From the NCBI GenBank assembly GCA_016207645.1, contig JACQPH010000045.1, forward strand, positions 6,610 to 70,609: a DNA stretch of 64,000 bases. The letters run 5' to 3'. How positions within the stretch are numbered: the first letter of the stretch is position 1; each line of letters starts with the position of its first letter. This DNA is from Elusimicrobiota bacterium. Its GTDB lineage: Bacteria > Elusimicrobiota > Elusimicrobia > Elusimicrobiales > UBA9959. A model generated the notes under the pieces. The model saw only the letters and a list, made by a program, of their open reading frames with translations. It did not search any database and had not been told where the DNA came from. The position numbers were made by a program, and so were the translations under genes. Shown in pieces: positions 42,283-53,669 of this stretch.

Positions 42283-43803
42283 TCAGCCGACCTTGTATAT
42301 TACCACGGTTTCCGACTTTCCCTTCAGCGCGGCCTTGCCGAGCGGCGCGAAGGTCACGGCGGAACCCAGGGAGGCTTTCCCCCTGGAGTACGCGGCCTCG
42401 CTTACCAGGATATCGGTGTTGAACTCCCTGGTCTTGGACTCCAGGCGCGAGGCTATATTCACGGTATCGCCGATAAAGGTGTATTCCAGGCGCGCGGAAG
42501 TCCCGATATTCCCGCCGACCAGCTTCCCGGAGTGAATGCCGATGCCGAACTCCACCGTCCCCGGTGCTTTGCCGGAGGCGTTATACTCCGCCAGGGCCTT
42601 GCGCATCGCCATGGCCGCGCGCACGGCGTCGGCGGCGTAATCCTCGGAACCGAGCAGCGGCGTGTAGACGGCCATCACCGCGTCGCCGATGAATTTATTG
42701 ATAACGCCTTTGTTCGCGGTGATCGGCGGGGTGATATAGTGGAAATAATCGTTCAGGAAGCCGACCAGCATGGACGCGCTCATCTTTTCGCTCAGCGGGG
42801 TGAAGTTGCGGATATCGCAGAACATCACCGCCGCCTCCATGTCCTCGCCGCCCAGGTTCACCTTCTTGTTCTTGATCAGCTCCCGCGCTATCTCGATGGA
42901 CAGGTACTTGCCGAAGGTGTCCTGCAGTTCCTCGCGCTCTTTCAGCCCGTCCACCATCTCGTTGAAACCGGCCTTCAGGTTGGCTATCTCGTCGGTAAAA
43001 TAGATGCGGGTCTTTACGAAGTCGCCGCCGGCCACGCGCTTCATCTTGGCTATCAGCCCGTCCAGCGGCACCTGGACGCCGCTGTAGATGGTGGAAAGGC
43101 CGGTGAGCAGCAGCACGCCGGAGAGGAAGAGCAGCATCCCCAGGTCCTCCGCGAAAAAGTCCCAGGGCACCCTGTTCAGGAAGAGAATATAGATGAGGAT
43201 GAAGGGGATCACCGCGAAACCTGTTATCAGCGAAGAGACCTTCACGTAGAGTGGAATGGAGAAACCCGATCTCAGCCGGGAGAGTTCCTCCGGGGCGTAA
43301 AGAGCCTCTATCAGCTTCTTCTGCTTTGAAAGGTGGGCGTCTATATGCGCCACCAGCAGCGCGGCCTGAGCGACGAAGGCGACGCCGGCGGCGGCGTATT
43401 GCTGCCAGGATAGCCCGACGGCAAAACCCGGGACGGCCAGAGCGGTCGCCTGGGCGATCACCAGCATGAGGAAAGCGTCGCGGTAAATATTTCCCAGCCG
43501 GACCCGTATCTTCGCTTTAAGTATCTCGTCCGGCTTCCTCACGTAGAGGTAGGCCGGCCGGCCCCAGAGATAGGTGAGCATGATCATCACCAGGAAAGGG
43601 ATCCCGATGTTCACCCCGGTATGCCGGGTACCGAGGCTCATATTGACCAGCGCCCCGGCGGCCCTGGGTTCGCCGGAAAAAGCGACCATCGCTGTCCTGA
43701 AGAAGGCTGAATTGACGAAAGAGAGGAACAGCGGTATCGTCAGGAGATTGAAGAACTCCGTAAGCTGGCCCTTGCGCTCTTGCTGTTTTGGATCGCCGAA
43801 CAT
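42283..43803 (-). CDS. Membrane class III adenylate/guanylate cyclase with HAMP linker (class IIIb-like Lys/Thr specificity pair)
   Basis: Multi-TM N-terminus, HAMP-like segment (AKMKRVAGGDF..FNEMVDGL). Cyclase core FCDIRNFT, NKFIGDAVMAVY, EYTFIGDTVNIASRLES. Confidence 0.85.
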   Translation of the reverse strand: MFGDPKQQERKGQLTEFFNLLTIPLFLSFVNSAFFRTAMVAFSGEPRAAGALVNMSLGTRHTGVNIGIPFLVMIMLTYLWGRPAYLYVRKPDEILKAKIRVRLGNIYRDAFLMLVIAQATALAVPGFAVGLSWQQYAAAGVAFVAQAALLVAHIDAHLSKQKKLIEALYAPEELSRLRSGFSIPLYVKVSSLITGFAVIPFILIYILFLNRVPWDFFAEDLGMLLFLSGVLLLTGLSTIYSGVQVPLDGLIAKMKRVAGGDFVKTRIYFTDEIANLKAGFNEMVDGLKEREELQDTFGKYLSIEIARELIKNKKVNLGGEDMEAAVMFCDIRNFTPLSEKMSASMLVGFLNDYFHYITPPITANKGVINKFIGDAVMAVYTPLLGSEDYAADAVRAAMAMRKALAEYNASGKAPGTVEFGIGIHSGKLVGGNIGTSARLEYTFIGDTVNIASRLESKTREFNTDILVSEAAYSRGKASLGSAVTFAPLGKAALKGKSETVVIYKVG

Positions 43804-43841
43804 TTGTCGCCTCTAAACGGTTTCAGGAAAGACGGTTAGAT

Positions 43842-44447
43842 TCAGTTTTGCGGGCGGACGAGGGCTTCGTAGTCCTCGGGCGTGTCGATGTCGCGGACCA
43901 CTTCGGGGTCCTTGACCTCCAGGTCGGCTATACTCGCCAGCGGGTTATGGGTGACCCAGTGCAGCCCCTTTTCGAGCGGGCCTTCGAAGCAAAGGCTTCT
44001 GTACTTCGCAGGTATTATTATGGGGTGCCCGCGCTTCAGCCTGGAGTCGGCCGCCCTGAAGGTCCGGGGGATAACTATGGAGTCCTTGTTATAGGACCAG
44101 AACTCGACAAGTTTCTTATAGGTTTCCGGGAGCACGGCGGGCTGGTCGACCAGGCAGACCATGAAAGCCTCGGTAAATTCAGAAACGACCCCCAGCCCCT
44201 CCCGCAGCGAGGAGAGCTGCCCGTGCTCTGGCTTTAGGTTCAGTGCCACTTTCTCCTCCGCCGGCGTCCAGGCGGACAGGATCTCTTTCGAGGACCGGCC
44301 CAGCACCACGACCCTGTCTTCCACGCCCGCCGACCGGAGCGCGGCGCAGACATGCTCGATGAAAGGCTTGCCGCGCCACTGGAGAACGGCTTTAGGCCGC
44401 CCCATCCTGGCAGAATCCCCGGCCGCAAGTATAATGGCAGACAGCAT
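43842..44447 (-). CDS. mocA: MobA-like NTP transferase (molybdenum cofactor cytidylyl/guanylyl-transferase, MocA-like)
   Basis: MLSAIILAAGDSARMGRPKAVLQWRGKPF N-terminal motif. ~200 aa. Heads the XDH operon. Confidence 0.8.
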   Translation of the reverse strand: MLSAIILAAGDSARMGRPKAVLQWRGKPFIEHVCAALRSAGVEDRVVVLGRSSKEILSAWTPAEEKVALNLKPEHGQLSSLREGLGVVSEFTEAFMVCLVDQPAVLPETYKKLVEFWSYNKDSIVIPRTFRAADSRLKRGHPIIIPAKYRSLCFEGPLEKGLHWVTHNPLASIADLEVKDPEVVRDIDTPEDYEALVRPQN

Positions 44448-44524
44448 GGCTATATTATCCCTTGTTTAGATAATACCAAAAGTCCGCGCATTGTTTAACA
44501 GGGTCGCGGCGTAGCGTTCGCTTT

Positions 44525-44553
44525 TTGACGAAGCGGCGGATATATCGGATAAT
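44525..44553 (+). promoter_or_regulatory. Candidate sigma70 promoter TTGACG-17-GATAAT for the M16 peptidase gene
   Basis: TTGACG 44525..44530, 17-nt spacer, GATAAT 44548..44553. 35 nt upstream of ATG 44589 with GGAGGG between. Confidence 0.4.
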
Positions 44554-44588
44554 ATACTTAGATTCTTCTCACAGCCCGGAGGGTACAC

Positions 44589-47360
<2,772 letters not shown>

Positions 47361-47377
47361 ACCGGGCGGGTCAAGAC

Positions 47378-47417
47378 GAAAGAACACGCGCCGCTTACGG
47401 CGCGTGTTCTTTTTTTA
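47378..47417. terminator. Bidirectional intrinsic terminator
   Basis: AGAACACGCGCCG-CTTA-CGGCGCGTGTTCT with TTTTTTTT on the + strand and an A-rich 5' flank. Lies between convergent genes. Confidence 0.85.
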
Positions 47418-47432
47418 TACGGGGTCTGACTT

Positions 47433-48809
47433 TCAGCAGCCGGCTTTCCGGTAAAGCCTGGCGGCGGCTTTATTGGCGCGCTCCGCCAGCTTGAACTCGT
47501 CGACATTGACCAGGCGGCCGTTCTTTACCGCCACTTTGCCGTTGACTATGGTGTATTTCGTCCGGTGGGAACAGCCGCAGAAAAGCAGCGAGGCCAGCGG
47601 GTCCGACTTTGAACCCGCGAAGTCCAGCCCGCTTACGTCGAAGACGGCTATATCGGCGGCCTTCCCGGGCTCTATGGAACCTATGTCGTCGCGCCCCAGC
47701 ACCGAGGCCCCGCCGCGGGTGGCCAGCCTGAAAGCGTCCCGCGCCGGCATGGCTTCCACGCCGGCCTTCACTCGCTGCACCAGCATGGCCTGGCGTATCT
47801 CGCCCAGCATATCGGAGGAGTCGTTGGAGGCCGAACCGTCCACGGCCAGGCCCACGGGGACCTTGTGGTTCAGGAACATCCGGATGGGCGCTATGCCCGA
47901 GCCTAGCCGCAGATTGGAGCAGGGGCAGTGGGCGGCACCGGTCCGGGTCCCGCCCATTTTTTTCGCCTCGGCCTCGTTTATGAAAACGCAGTGCGCGAAC
48001 CAGGCGTTACCCTCGGAAACCCAGCCGACGGACTCCATGTATTCCAACGGGCGCATTTTAAAGAGCTTTTTGCAGAAAGCCTCTTCATCTATGGTTTCCG
48101 CCAGGTGGGTGTGCATACGCACCCCCCATTTTTTGGCCATCACGGCGGTGAGCTTCAGCAGTTCCGTGGTGACCGAGAAAGGCGAGCAGGGCGCCAGCGC
48201 CAGGCGGGTCATGGCGAACTTCCGCGGATCGTGGAACTTGCGCACCAGCCGCTCGCAGTCCTTCATGATGAAGTCCTCGGTCTGCACCACGCTGTCCGGC
48301 GGCAGACCGCCTTTGGAGCGGCCCCTGGACATGGAGCCGCGCGTGGCGTGGAAGCGCATGCCCAGCTCGCGGGCCGCCTCTATCTGCGTGTCTATGAAGA
48401 AGCCGCTGTCCTTTTCGGGGAACAGGTAAAGGTGGTCGGAACTGGTGGTACAGCCGGTCAGCAGCAGCTCCCCCAGGCCGACCTGGGTGCTGGCGTAGAC
48501 GGCCTCGGGGTCGATATGCTTCCAGATGTCGTAAAGATAGATAAGCCAGTCGAAAAGCTTGGCGTCCTGCACCTTGGGCAAATTGCGGGTAAGCGTCTGG
48601 TAAAGGTGGTGATGGGTGTTGACGAAACCGGGCAGGACGACGCAGCCTTTCGCGTCTATGACCGCGTCCGCTTTGACCCTGAGAGCATTCCCGACCTTCT
48701 TTATTTCCGCGCCCTCGATGTAGACTTCGCCGCCCTTTATCTCGCTGCCCTTCCCGTCCATGGTGGCCAGCACCAGCGCGTTCTTTATCAGGATGGATCT
48801 TGTCGGCAT
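47433..48809 (-). CDS. Amidohydrolase of the 8-oxoguanine/guanine (isoxanthopterin) deaminase group
   Basis: ORF 47433..49091 trimmed to MPTRSILIKNALV. VNTHHHLYQTLTR metal motif, HTHLAE, AVDGSASND. Confidence 0.85.
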   Translation of the reverse strand: MPTRSILIKNALVLATMDGKGSEIKGGEVYIEGAEIKKVGNALRVKADAVIDAKGCVVLPGFVNTHHHLYQTLTRNLPKVQDAKLFDWLIYLYDIWKHIDPEAVYASTQVGLGELLLTGCTTSSDHLYLFPEKDSGFFIDTQIEAARELGMRFHATRGSMSRGRSKGGLPPDSVVQTEDFIMKDCERLVRKFHDPRKFAMTRLALAPCSPFSVTTELLKLTAVMAKKWGVRMHTHLAETIDEEAFCKKLFKMRPLEYMESVGWVSEGNAWFAHCVFINEAEAKKMGGTRTGAAHCPCSNLRLGSGIAPIRMFLNHKVPVGLAVDGSASNDSSDMLGEIRQAMLVQRVKAGVEAMPARDAFRLATRGGASVLGRDDIGSIEPGKAADIAVFDVSGLDFAGSKSDPLASLLFCGCSHRTKYTIVNGKVAVKNGRLVNVDEFKLAERANKAAARLYRKAGC

Positions 48810-48837
48810 ACGGGGTTCTTTGCTCCGAACGGGTTTA

Positions 48838-48873
48838 TTATCCGCTGAAAATATTATAGTAAAATAAGGATAA
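48838..48873. promoter_or_regulatory. AT-rich divergent control region with TTATCC..GGATAA inverted repeat bracketing -10-like hexamers
   Basis: TTATCC 48838..48843 and GGATAA 48868..48873. TATTAT/TATAGT at 48852..48860. Lies between divergent catabolic genes. Confidence 0.35.
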
Positions 48874-48902
48874 GGGCAAAGACGGCCGCAACCGGAGAAG
48901 CC

Positions 48903-51467
48903 ATGAAAAAGACCATAAAATTCCTTTCCGACGCGCAGCTCAAGAGCGAGGCGGACCGCTGCCTCTACTGCGAGGAGAAGCCCTGCAAGACGGCCTGCCC
49001 GGCGGATTGCTCCCCGGGGGATTTCATCATGGCCGTGCGGCAGATGGAGAATTCGGATTTCAAGCGCTCGGCCGCCCTGATCATGGGCCACAATACCTTC
49101 GGCGGCGTCTGCGGTGCGGTCTGCCCCGACTGGTTCTGCGTAAAGGCCTGCTCCCGGAAGATCTTCGACAACCCCATAAACATACCGGCGGTGCAGGCCG
49201 CCGTAGTGCAGAAAGCCAAGGAGTTGGGGATGATGCCCGAATTCAGGCCGGCTAAGCCCAACGGGAAGAAAGTCGCCGTAGTGGGCGCCGGGCCTGCCGG
49301 TTTAGGCGCGGCCGGCACGCTGGCGCAGCTGGGCTACAAAGTGGACATTTTTGAAAAGGCTAAGAAGACCGGCGGCGCCTGTAATCTTATACCGGAAAAG
49401 CGCCTGCCGGCGGAAGTACTCCGCACCGAGATAGAATTCGTAAGAACGCTGGGCGACATCTCTATCAAGACCGGCTCGGCGGTAAAGGACCCGGCCTCGC
49501 TGCTGAAAAAATACGGGGCGGTCATAGTGACCGCCGGCGTGGCGGACCAGATAAGGCTGAATATCCCCAACGAGGGCCTGGGAGTGGAAGGACTGGAATT
49601 CCTGGCGAACCGGAAAAAATATCCGCTCAAGGGGAAGAACGTGGCCGTGATAGGCGGCGGGGCCGTGGCGGCCGACTGCGCGATGACGGCGCTGGAAGCC
49701 GGGGCGCATAAAGCGGAGATCTTCACCCGGAAGAACATAGGCCATATCCAGCTTTCGCAGAAGGAACTGCACGACCTCATCGGGGCCGGGGTGAACATAA
49801 ACGCCAAATCCCGCATAACCGGCATTCTGGCCGCCGGAAAGAGGATAAACGGCATCACCGTGGCCCGCCTGGACGAGAAGGCTAACGATATCAAGGGGTC
49901 CTGCCAGGTCCGCTCCGACATAGACTTCGTGGTGCTGGCCATAAAGAACCTGCCGGTCTTCACCGACAGGAAGAAGAAGGGCGTTTTTCTCGCCGGGGAC
50001 TGCCGCAACGGCGCCTCCACCGTGGTGGAAGCCGTGGCCTCGGCCAAGAACGCCGCCCTCGAGGCCGACGCCTACCTGCGCGGCGGCAAGCCCGTCCCGC
50101 GCGCCGGGTTGTTCCCCGGGGCCATGAGCGCCTATGAAAAGAACATCATGAACGGCGAACTGGCCTATACGCGGAAGGTCTGCGGCAGGACCGATTCCTG
50201 GTCCACCGACAAGAAAAGCGCCGTCATCCTGAAAGGCAGGAACATGCTGCCGGTGGACCTGAGCACCGACTTCTTCGGCCGCAAGCTGCTTTCCCCGTTC
50301 CTTATCTCCGCCTCCCCCCACTCGGACGGCTACGACCAGGTGAAGCGCGCCTACGAGGCCGGCTGGCCCGGCGTGGTGATGAAGACCGCCTTCGACGGGC
50401 TGCACATACACATCCCCTCGGAGTACATGGTCACCTTCAGCGAGAGCACCTACGGCAATTCCGACAACGTGTCGGGCCACCCGCTGGACCGGGTCTGCGC
50501 CGAAGTGGCCAGGCTGGTGAAGGAATACCCGGACCGCCTCACCGCGGCCTCCACCGGCGGCCCGGTGACCGGGAACGACGAGGCCGACAGGAAAGCCTGG
50601 CAGTCGAATACCCTTAAGCTGGAAAAAGCCGGGGCTATGGCTATAGAATATTCCCTCTCCTGCCCGCAGGGCGGCGACGGCACCAAGGGCGATATCGTTT
50701 CGCAGGACCCCGAGCTGTCCGCCAGGATCATAGGCTGGGTGATGGAAGTTTCCGACCCCGAAGTGCCGAAGCTTTTCAAGCTGACCGGCGCCGTCACCGC
50801 CATCTGGCAGGTGGTGAACGCTATAAAGCGGGTTTACGCCGGATACCCGCATAAGAAGGCCGGCATAACGCTGGCCAATTCCTTCCCGGCTCTGGCTTTC
50901 CGCAAGCGCCTGTCCGGGAAAGGGAAATGGGAGGAAGGCATGGTGGTGGGCATGAGCGGCGAGGGCGTGGCCCCCATCAGCAATCTCACCATCTCCAAGG
51001 CCGTGAACCTGGGCGTGCCCATCTCCGGCAACGGCGGGCCCATGGACTACAAGGCCGCCGCGCATTTCCTGGCGCTCGGCGCGAAGTCGGTGCAGTTCTG
51101 CACCGTGGTCATGAAGCACGGCTTCGGCATCATAGACGAGCTCAACTGGGGGCTCAGCCACATGCTCGAGGAGAAAGGCTACAAGTCAGTCGAGGAATTC
51201 ATCGGCTGCGCCCTGCCCGGGCCCGTGACGAACTTCCCCGACCTCACCCCGGTAAAGAACATCCCGTCGGTGGACGCGGAGCTCTGCCGCCACTGCGGCA
51301 ACTGCGCGCGCTGCGGCTACCTGGCGGTGAAGCTGGACGGGGACAAGGTGCCTAAGTTCGACGCCTCGAAGTGCATAGGCTGCTCGCTCTGCGTCAAGAA
51401 ATGCTTCTCCGGCGCGCTGAAGATGCGCAAGCGCACCGCGGAGGAGCTCAGGGTTTGTCCGGAATAA
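48903..51467 (+). CDS. Dihydropyrimidine-dehydrogenase-like fusion: GltD/PreT-type FeS-FAD-NAD(P)H module + PreA/DHODH-type FMN barrel + 2x[4Fe-4S]
   Basis: N-terminus CLYCEEKPCKTACP, VAVVGAGPAGLGAA and AVIGGGAVAADCA Rossmann motifs. Central TIM-barrel part with IEYSLSCPQGGDG. C-terminal CRHCGNCARC / CIGCSLCVKKC. Confidence 0.85.
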   Translation: MKKTIKFLSDAQLKSEADRCLYCEEKPCKTACPADCSPGDFIMAVRQMENSDFKRSAALIMGHNTFGGVCGAVCPDWFCVKACSRKIFDNPINIPAVQAAVVQKAKELGMMPEFRPAKPNGKKVAVVGAGPAGLGAAGTLAQLGYKVDIFEKAKKTGGACNLIPEKRLPAEVLRTEIEFVRTLGDISIKTGSAVKDPASLLKKYGAVIVTAGVADQIRLNIPNEGLGVEGLEFLANRKKYPLKGKNVAVIGGGAVAADCAMTALEAGAHKAEIFTRKNIGHIQLSQKELHDLIGAGVNINAKSRITGILAAGKRINGITVARLDEKANDIKGSCQVRSDIDFVVLAIKNLPVFTDRKKKGVFLAGDCRNGASTVVEAVASAKNAALEADAYLRGGKPVPRAGLFPGAMSAYEKNIMNGELAYTRKVCGRTDSWSTDKKSAVILKGRNMLPVDLSTDFFGRKLLSPFLISASPHSDGYDQVKRAYEAGWPGVVMKTAFDGLHIHIPSEYMVTFSESTYGNSDNVSGHPLDRVCAEVARLVKEYPDRLTAASTGGPVTGNDEADRKAWQSNTLKLEKAGAMAIEYSLSCPQGGDGTKGDIVSQDPELSARIIGWVMEVSDPEVPKLFKLTGAVTAIWQVVNAIKRVYAGYPHKKAGITLANSFPALAFRKRLSGKGKWEEGMVVGMSGEGVAPISNLTISKAVNLGVPISGNGGPMDYKAAAHFLALGAKSVQFCTVVMKHGFGIIDELNWGLSHMLEEKGYKSVEEFIGCALPGPVTNFPDLTPVKNIPSVDAELCRHCGNCARCGYLAVKLDGDKVPKFDASKCIGCSLCVKKCFSGALKMRKRTAEELRVCPE

Positions 51468-51470
51468 ACC

Positions 51471-52796
51471 ATGAAAAAGACCATACTGATAAAGAACGGG
51501 ACCATAGTTACTCTCGGGGAAAAAAACAAGGTGCTGTCCGGCCACGCCCTGCTTATAGAGGACGGCCTCATAAAGAAAATAGCCCCCCGGAGCAGCTTCA
51601 AAGGGAAGTATTCGAAAGTTATCGACGCTTCGGGCAAGCTGATCATGCCGGGCTTCATAAACGCCCATATGCACTTCTACAGCACCTTCGCCCGCGGGCT
51701 CGGGAAGGCGGCCCCGTCGAGGAATTTCGTGGAGATACTCAACAACCTCTGGTGGCGGCTGGACAAGAACCTCACCAACGCGGACTCCTACTACAGCGCC
51801 CTGATACCGCTCATCGACGCGGTGCGCAAAGGCACCACCACCCTGCTGGACCACCACGCCAGCCCCTTCGCCATCACCGGCTCGCTGGCGGCGGTGGAAA
51901 AGGCGGTCAGGGAGGCCGGCCTGCGCGCCTGCCTCTGCTACGAGGTTTCGGACCGCGACGGGAAGGAGAAGGCCAGGGAGGGGCTCGACGAGAATTCCGC
52001 CTTCATAACGGCCTCGGCCGTCCGGAACGACAACACAGTGAAGGCCATGTTCGGCCTGCACGCCTCGTTCACCATTTCGGACGAGACGCTGGAGGAAGCC
52101 GCCTACCGCGGCCATAAGCAGGGCGCCGGCTTCCATATCCATACCGCCGAGTCCCAGGCGGACCAGCTGCACTGCGAATCCCACCACAAACTGCGCGTCG
52201 TGGAAAGGCTGCGCGACTTCGGCATACTGGGCAGAAAGTCCATAGCCGCCCACTGCGTGCACGTCAACGAGGCGGAGATAGATATACTCAAAGAAACAGG
52301 CACCGCCGTGGTGCACAACCCGCAGTCGAACGCCAACAACTCCGTCGGCATCGCCGACCTGGTAAAGATGTCGGCCGCCGGCGTGCTGGTGGGTCTCGGC
52401 ACCGACGCCATGACCGTGAACATGCTGGAGGAAGCGCGTTCCGCCCTCTGGCTTCAGCATCTGAAGCGGGACCCGTCGCAGGGCTTCATGGAAGCGGGCA
52501 ACGCCCTGCTGGTCAACAACGCGAAGATCGCGAACCGCTGCTTCAAGGGGCTGGGCGAGCTGAAGGAAGGCTTCGCCGCCGACCTGGCGATAATGGATTA
52601 TCTGCCCCCCACGCCGCTGGACGCCTCCAACTTCTACGGCCATTTGATATTCGGCATAAGCCAGAGCGCGGTGGACACCACCATAGCCGCCGGGCGGGTG
52701 CTCATGGAAGGCAAGAAGCTGAAACTGGACCTGGACGAGGAGGAAGTCACCCGCAAATCCGCGGAACTGGCGAAGAAGCTCTGGAAGAATTTTTGA
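51471..52796 (+). CDS. ssnA: SsnA-family putative aminohydrolase
   Basis: MPGFINAHMHFYSTFARGL resembles E. coli SsnA HNHFYSGLSRG. 441 aa. Starts 3 nt after the DPD-like gene. Confidence 0.8.
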   Translation: MKKTILIKNGTIVTLGEKNKVLSGHALLIEDGLIKKIAPRSSFKGKYSKVIDASGKLIMPGFINAHMHFYSTFARGLGKAAPSRNFVEILNNLWWRLDKNLTNADSYYSALIPLIDAVRKGTTTLLDHHASPFAITGSLAAVEKAVREAGLRACLCYEVSDRDGKEKAREGLDENSAFITASAVRNDNTVKAMFGLHASFTISDETLEEAAYRGHKQGAGFHIHTAESQADQLHCESHHKLRVVERLRDFGILGRKSIAAHCVHVNEAEIDILKETGTAVVHNPQSNANNSVGIADLVKMSAAGVLVGLGTDAMTVNMLEEARSALWLQHLKRDPSQGFMEAGNALLVNNAKIANRCFKGLGELKEGFAADLAIMDYLPPTPLDASNFYGHLIFGISQSAVDTTIAAGRVLMEGKKLKLDLDEEEVTRKSAELAKKLWKNF

Positions 52797-52808
52797 TCCC
52801 CGGGCGTG

Positions 52809-52842
52809 AAAAGCCCGCGTTCTTGTGAACGCGGGCTTTTTT
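52809..52842 (+). terminator. Rho-independent terminator after ssnA
   Basis: AAAAGCCCGCGTT-CTTGTG-AACGCGGGCTTTT followed by TT. Confidence 0.85.
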
Positions 52843-52856
52843 AATTTACGGGAAAA

Positions 52857-53552
52857 CTATCGGGCCGGGACCGGGGTCTTCCCTTCCACGCAGACGCTGG
52901 CTTTGGACTTGCCGTTCGCCTTTACGAGTTCGTAAAGGGTCTTAGCGTTCGCCTTTGACAGCCTTATGCAGCCGTGGGAAGCGGTCTTGCCCAGCAGCCA
53001 TTCCGCTTCGGTGCCGTGTATGGCGATATTGCCGTTGAAGAAGATGGAATTGGGCATGGGCGCCTTGTTGTAAAGGCTGGAATAGTGCATCTCCTCTATA
53101 AAATCCGGCGCGAAGCATTTGCCGCTGCCCGGCGTGCCGTATTTGGGCGGTAACCCGGAGGATATTTTGAAGACCTTGCTGAACTCGGGCCCCTCCACGT
53201 TCAGCCGCTGCGCGCCCAGGTCTATGACGATGCGCACGGGCGCCAGCTTGGCCTTGGCGCTGCTTATAAGGTACCGGGAAGCAGGCAGGCCGTACGCTTC
53301 CGCTTCGTCGGAATTCAACGGCAGGCCGAAAGCCAGGCTTACCTCGGCCGGAGTATGCCCGTCGATGAACGCGGCCGGGTCGGCGGCAGCCTCCGCGCGG
53401 AGGGCCTCGATATCCCCCGGGACTTGCGGGGAAGTCGCGGCCGGCAGGCCGGGCAAACGTGCGCCCTTGACCAGGCCCGGCAGGTCGAAAGCGGAACCGG
53501 AGGAAGCTATAGAGAGGAGGAGCGCGGTCAGCGCGGCGATGCGGATCTTCAT
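52857..53552 (-). CDS. L,D-transpeptidase (YkuD domain), secreted
   Basis: Signal peptide. GNIAIHGT..GKTASHGCIRL catalytic motif. Confidence 0.85.
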   Translation of the reverse strand: MKIRIAALTALLLSIASSGSAFDLPGLVKGARLPGLPAATSPQVPGDIEALRAEAAADPAAFIDGHTPAEVSLAFGLPLNSDEAEAYGLPASRYLISSAKAKLAPVRIVIDLGAQRLNVEGPEFSKVFKISSGLPPKYGTPGSGKCFAPDFIEEMHYSSLYNKAPMPNSIFFNGNIAIHGTEAEWLLGKTASHGCIRLSKANAKTLYELVKANGKSKASVCVEGKTPVPAR

Positions 53553-53669
53553 GAGCTAATTCAATCAAATACGGAGCGGAGCCGTATGAGCCGAAAGTAC
53601 CTGCCGGGCGGCGTCTTTCGGCCCGCCGGCACTGGGCCCTTTATCCGGGCCGCGCTCAGAACAGGCTGC

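Noticed and set aside
48810-49091. N-terminal extension of the deaminase ORF (47433..49091) running across the divergent promoter region and into the DPD-like gene
   Set aside because: Amidohydrolase homology starts at MPTRSILIKNALV. The extension would overlap the opposite-strand gene start and the AT-rich spacer.
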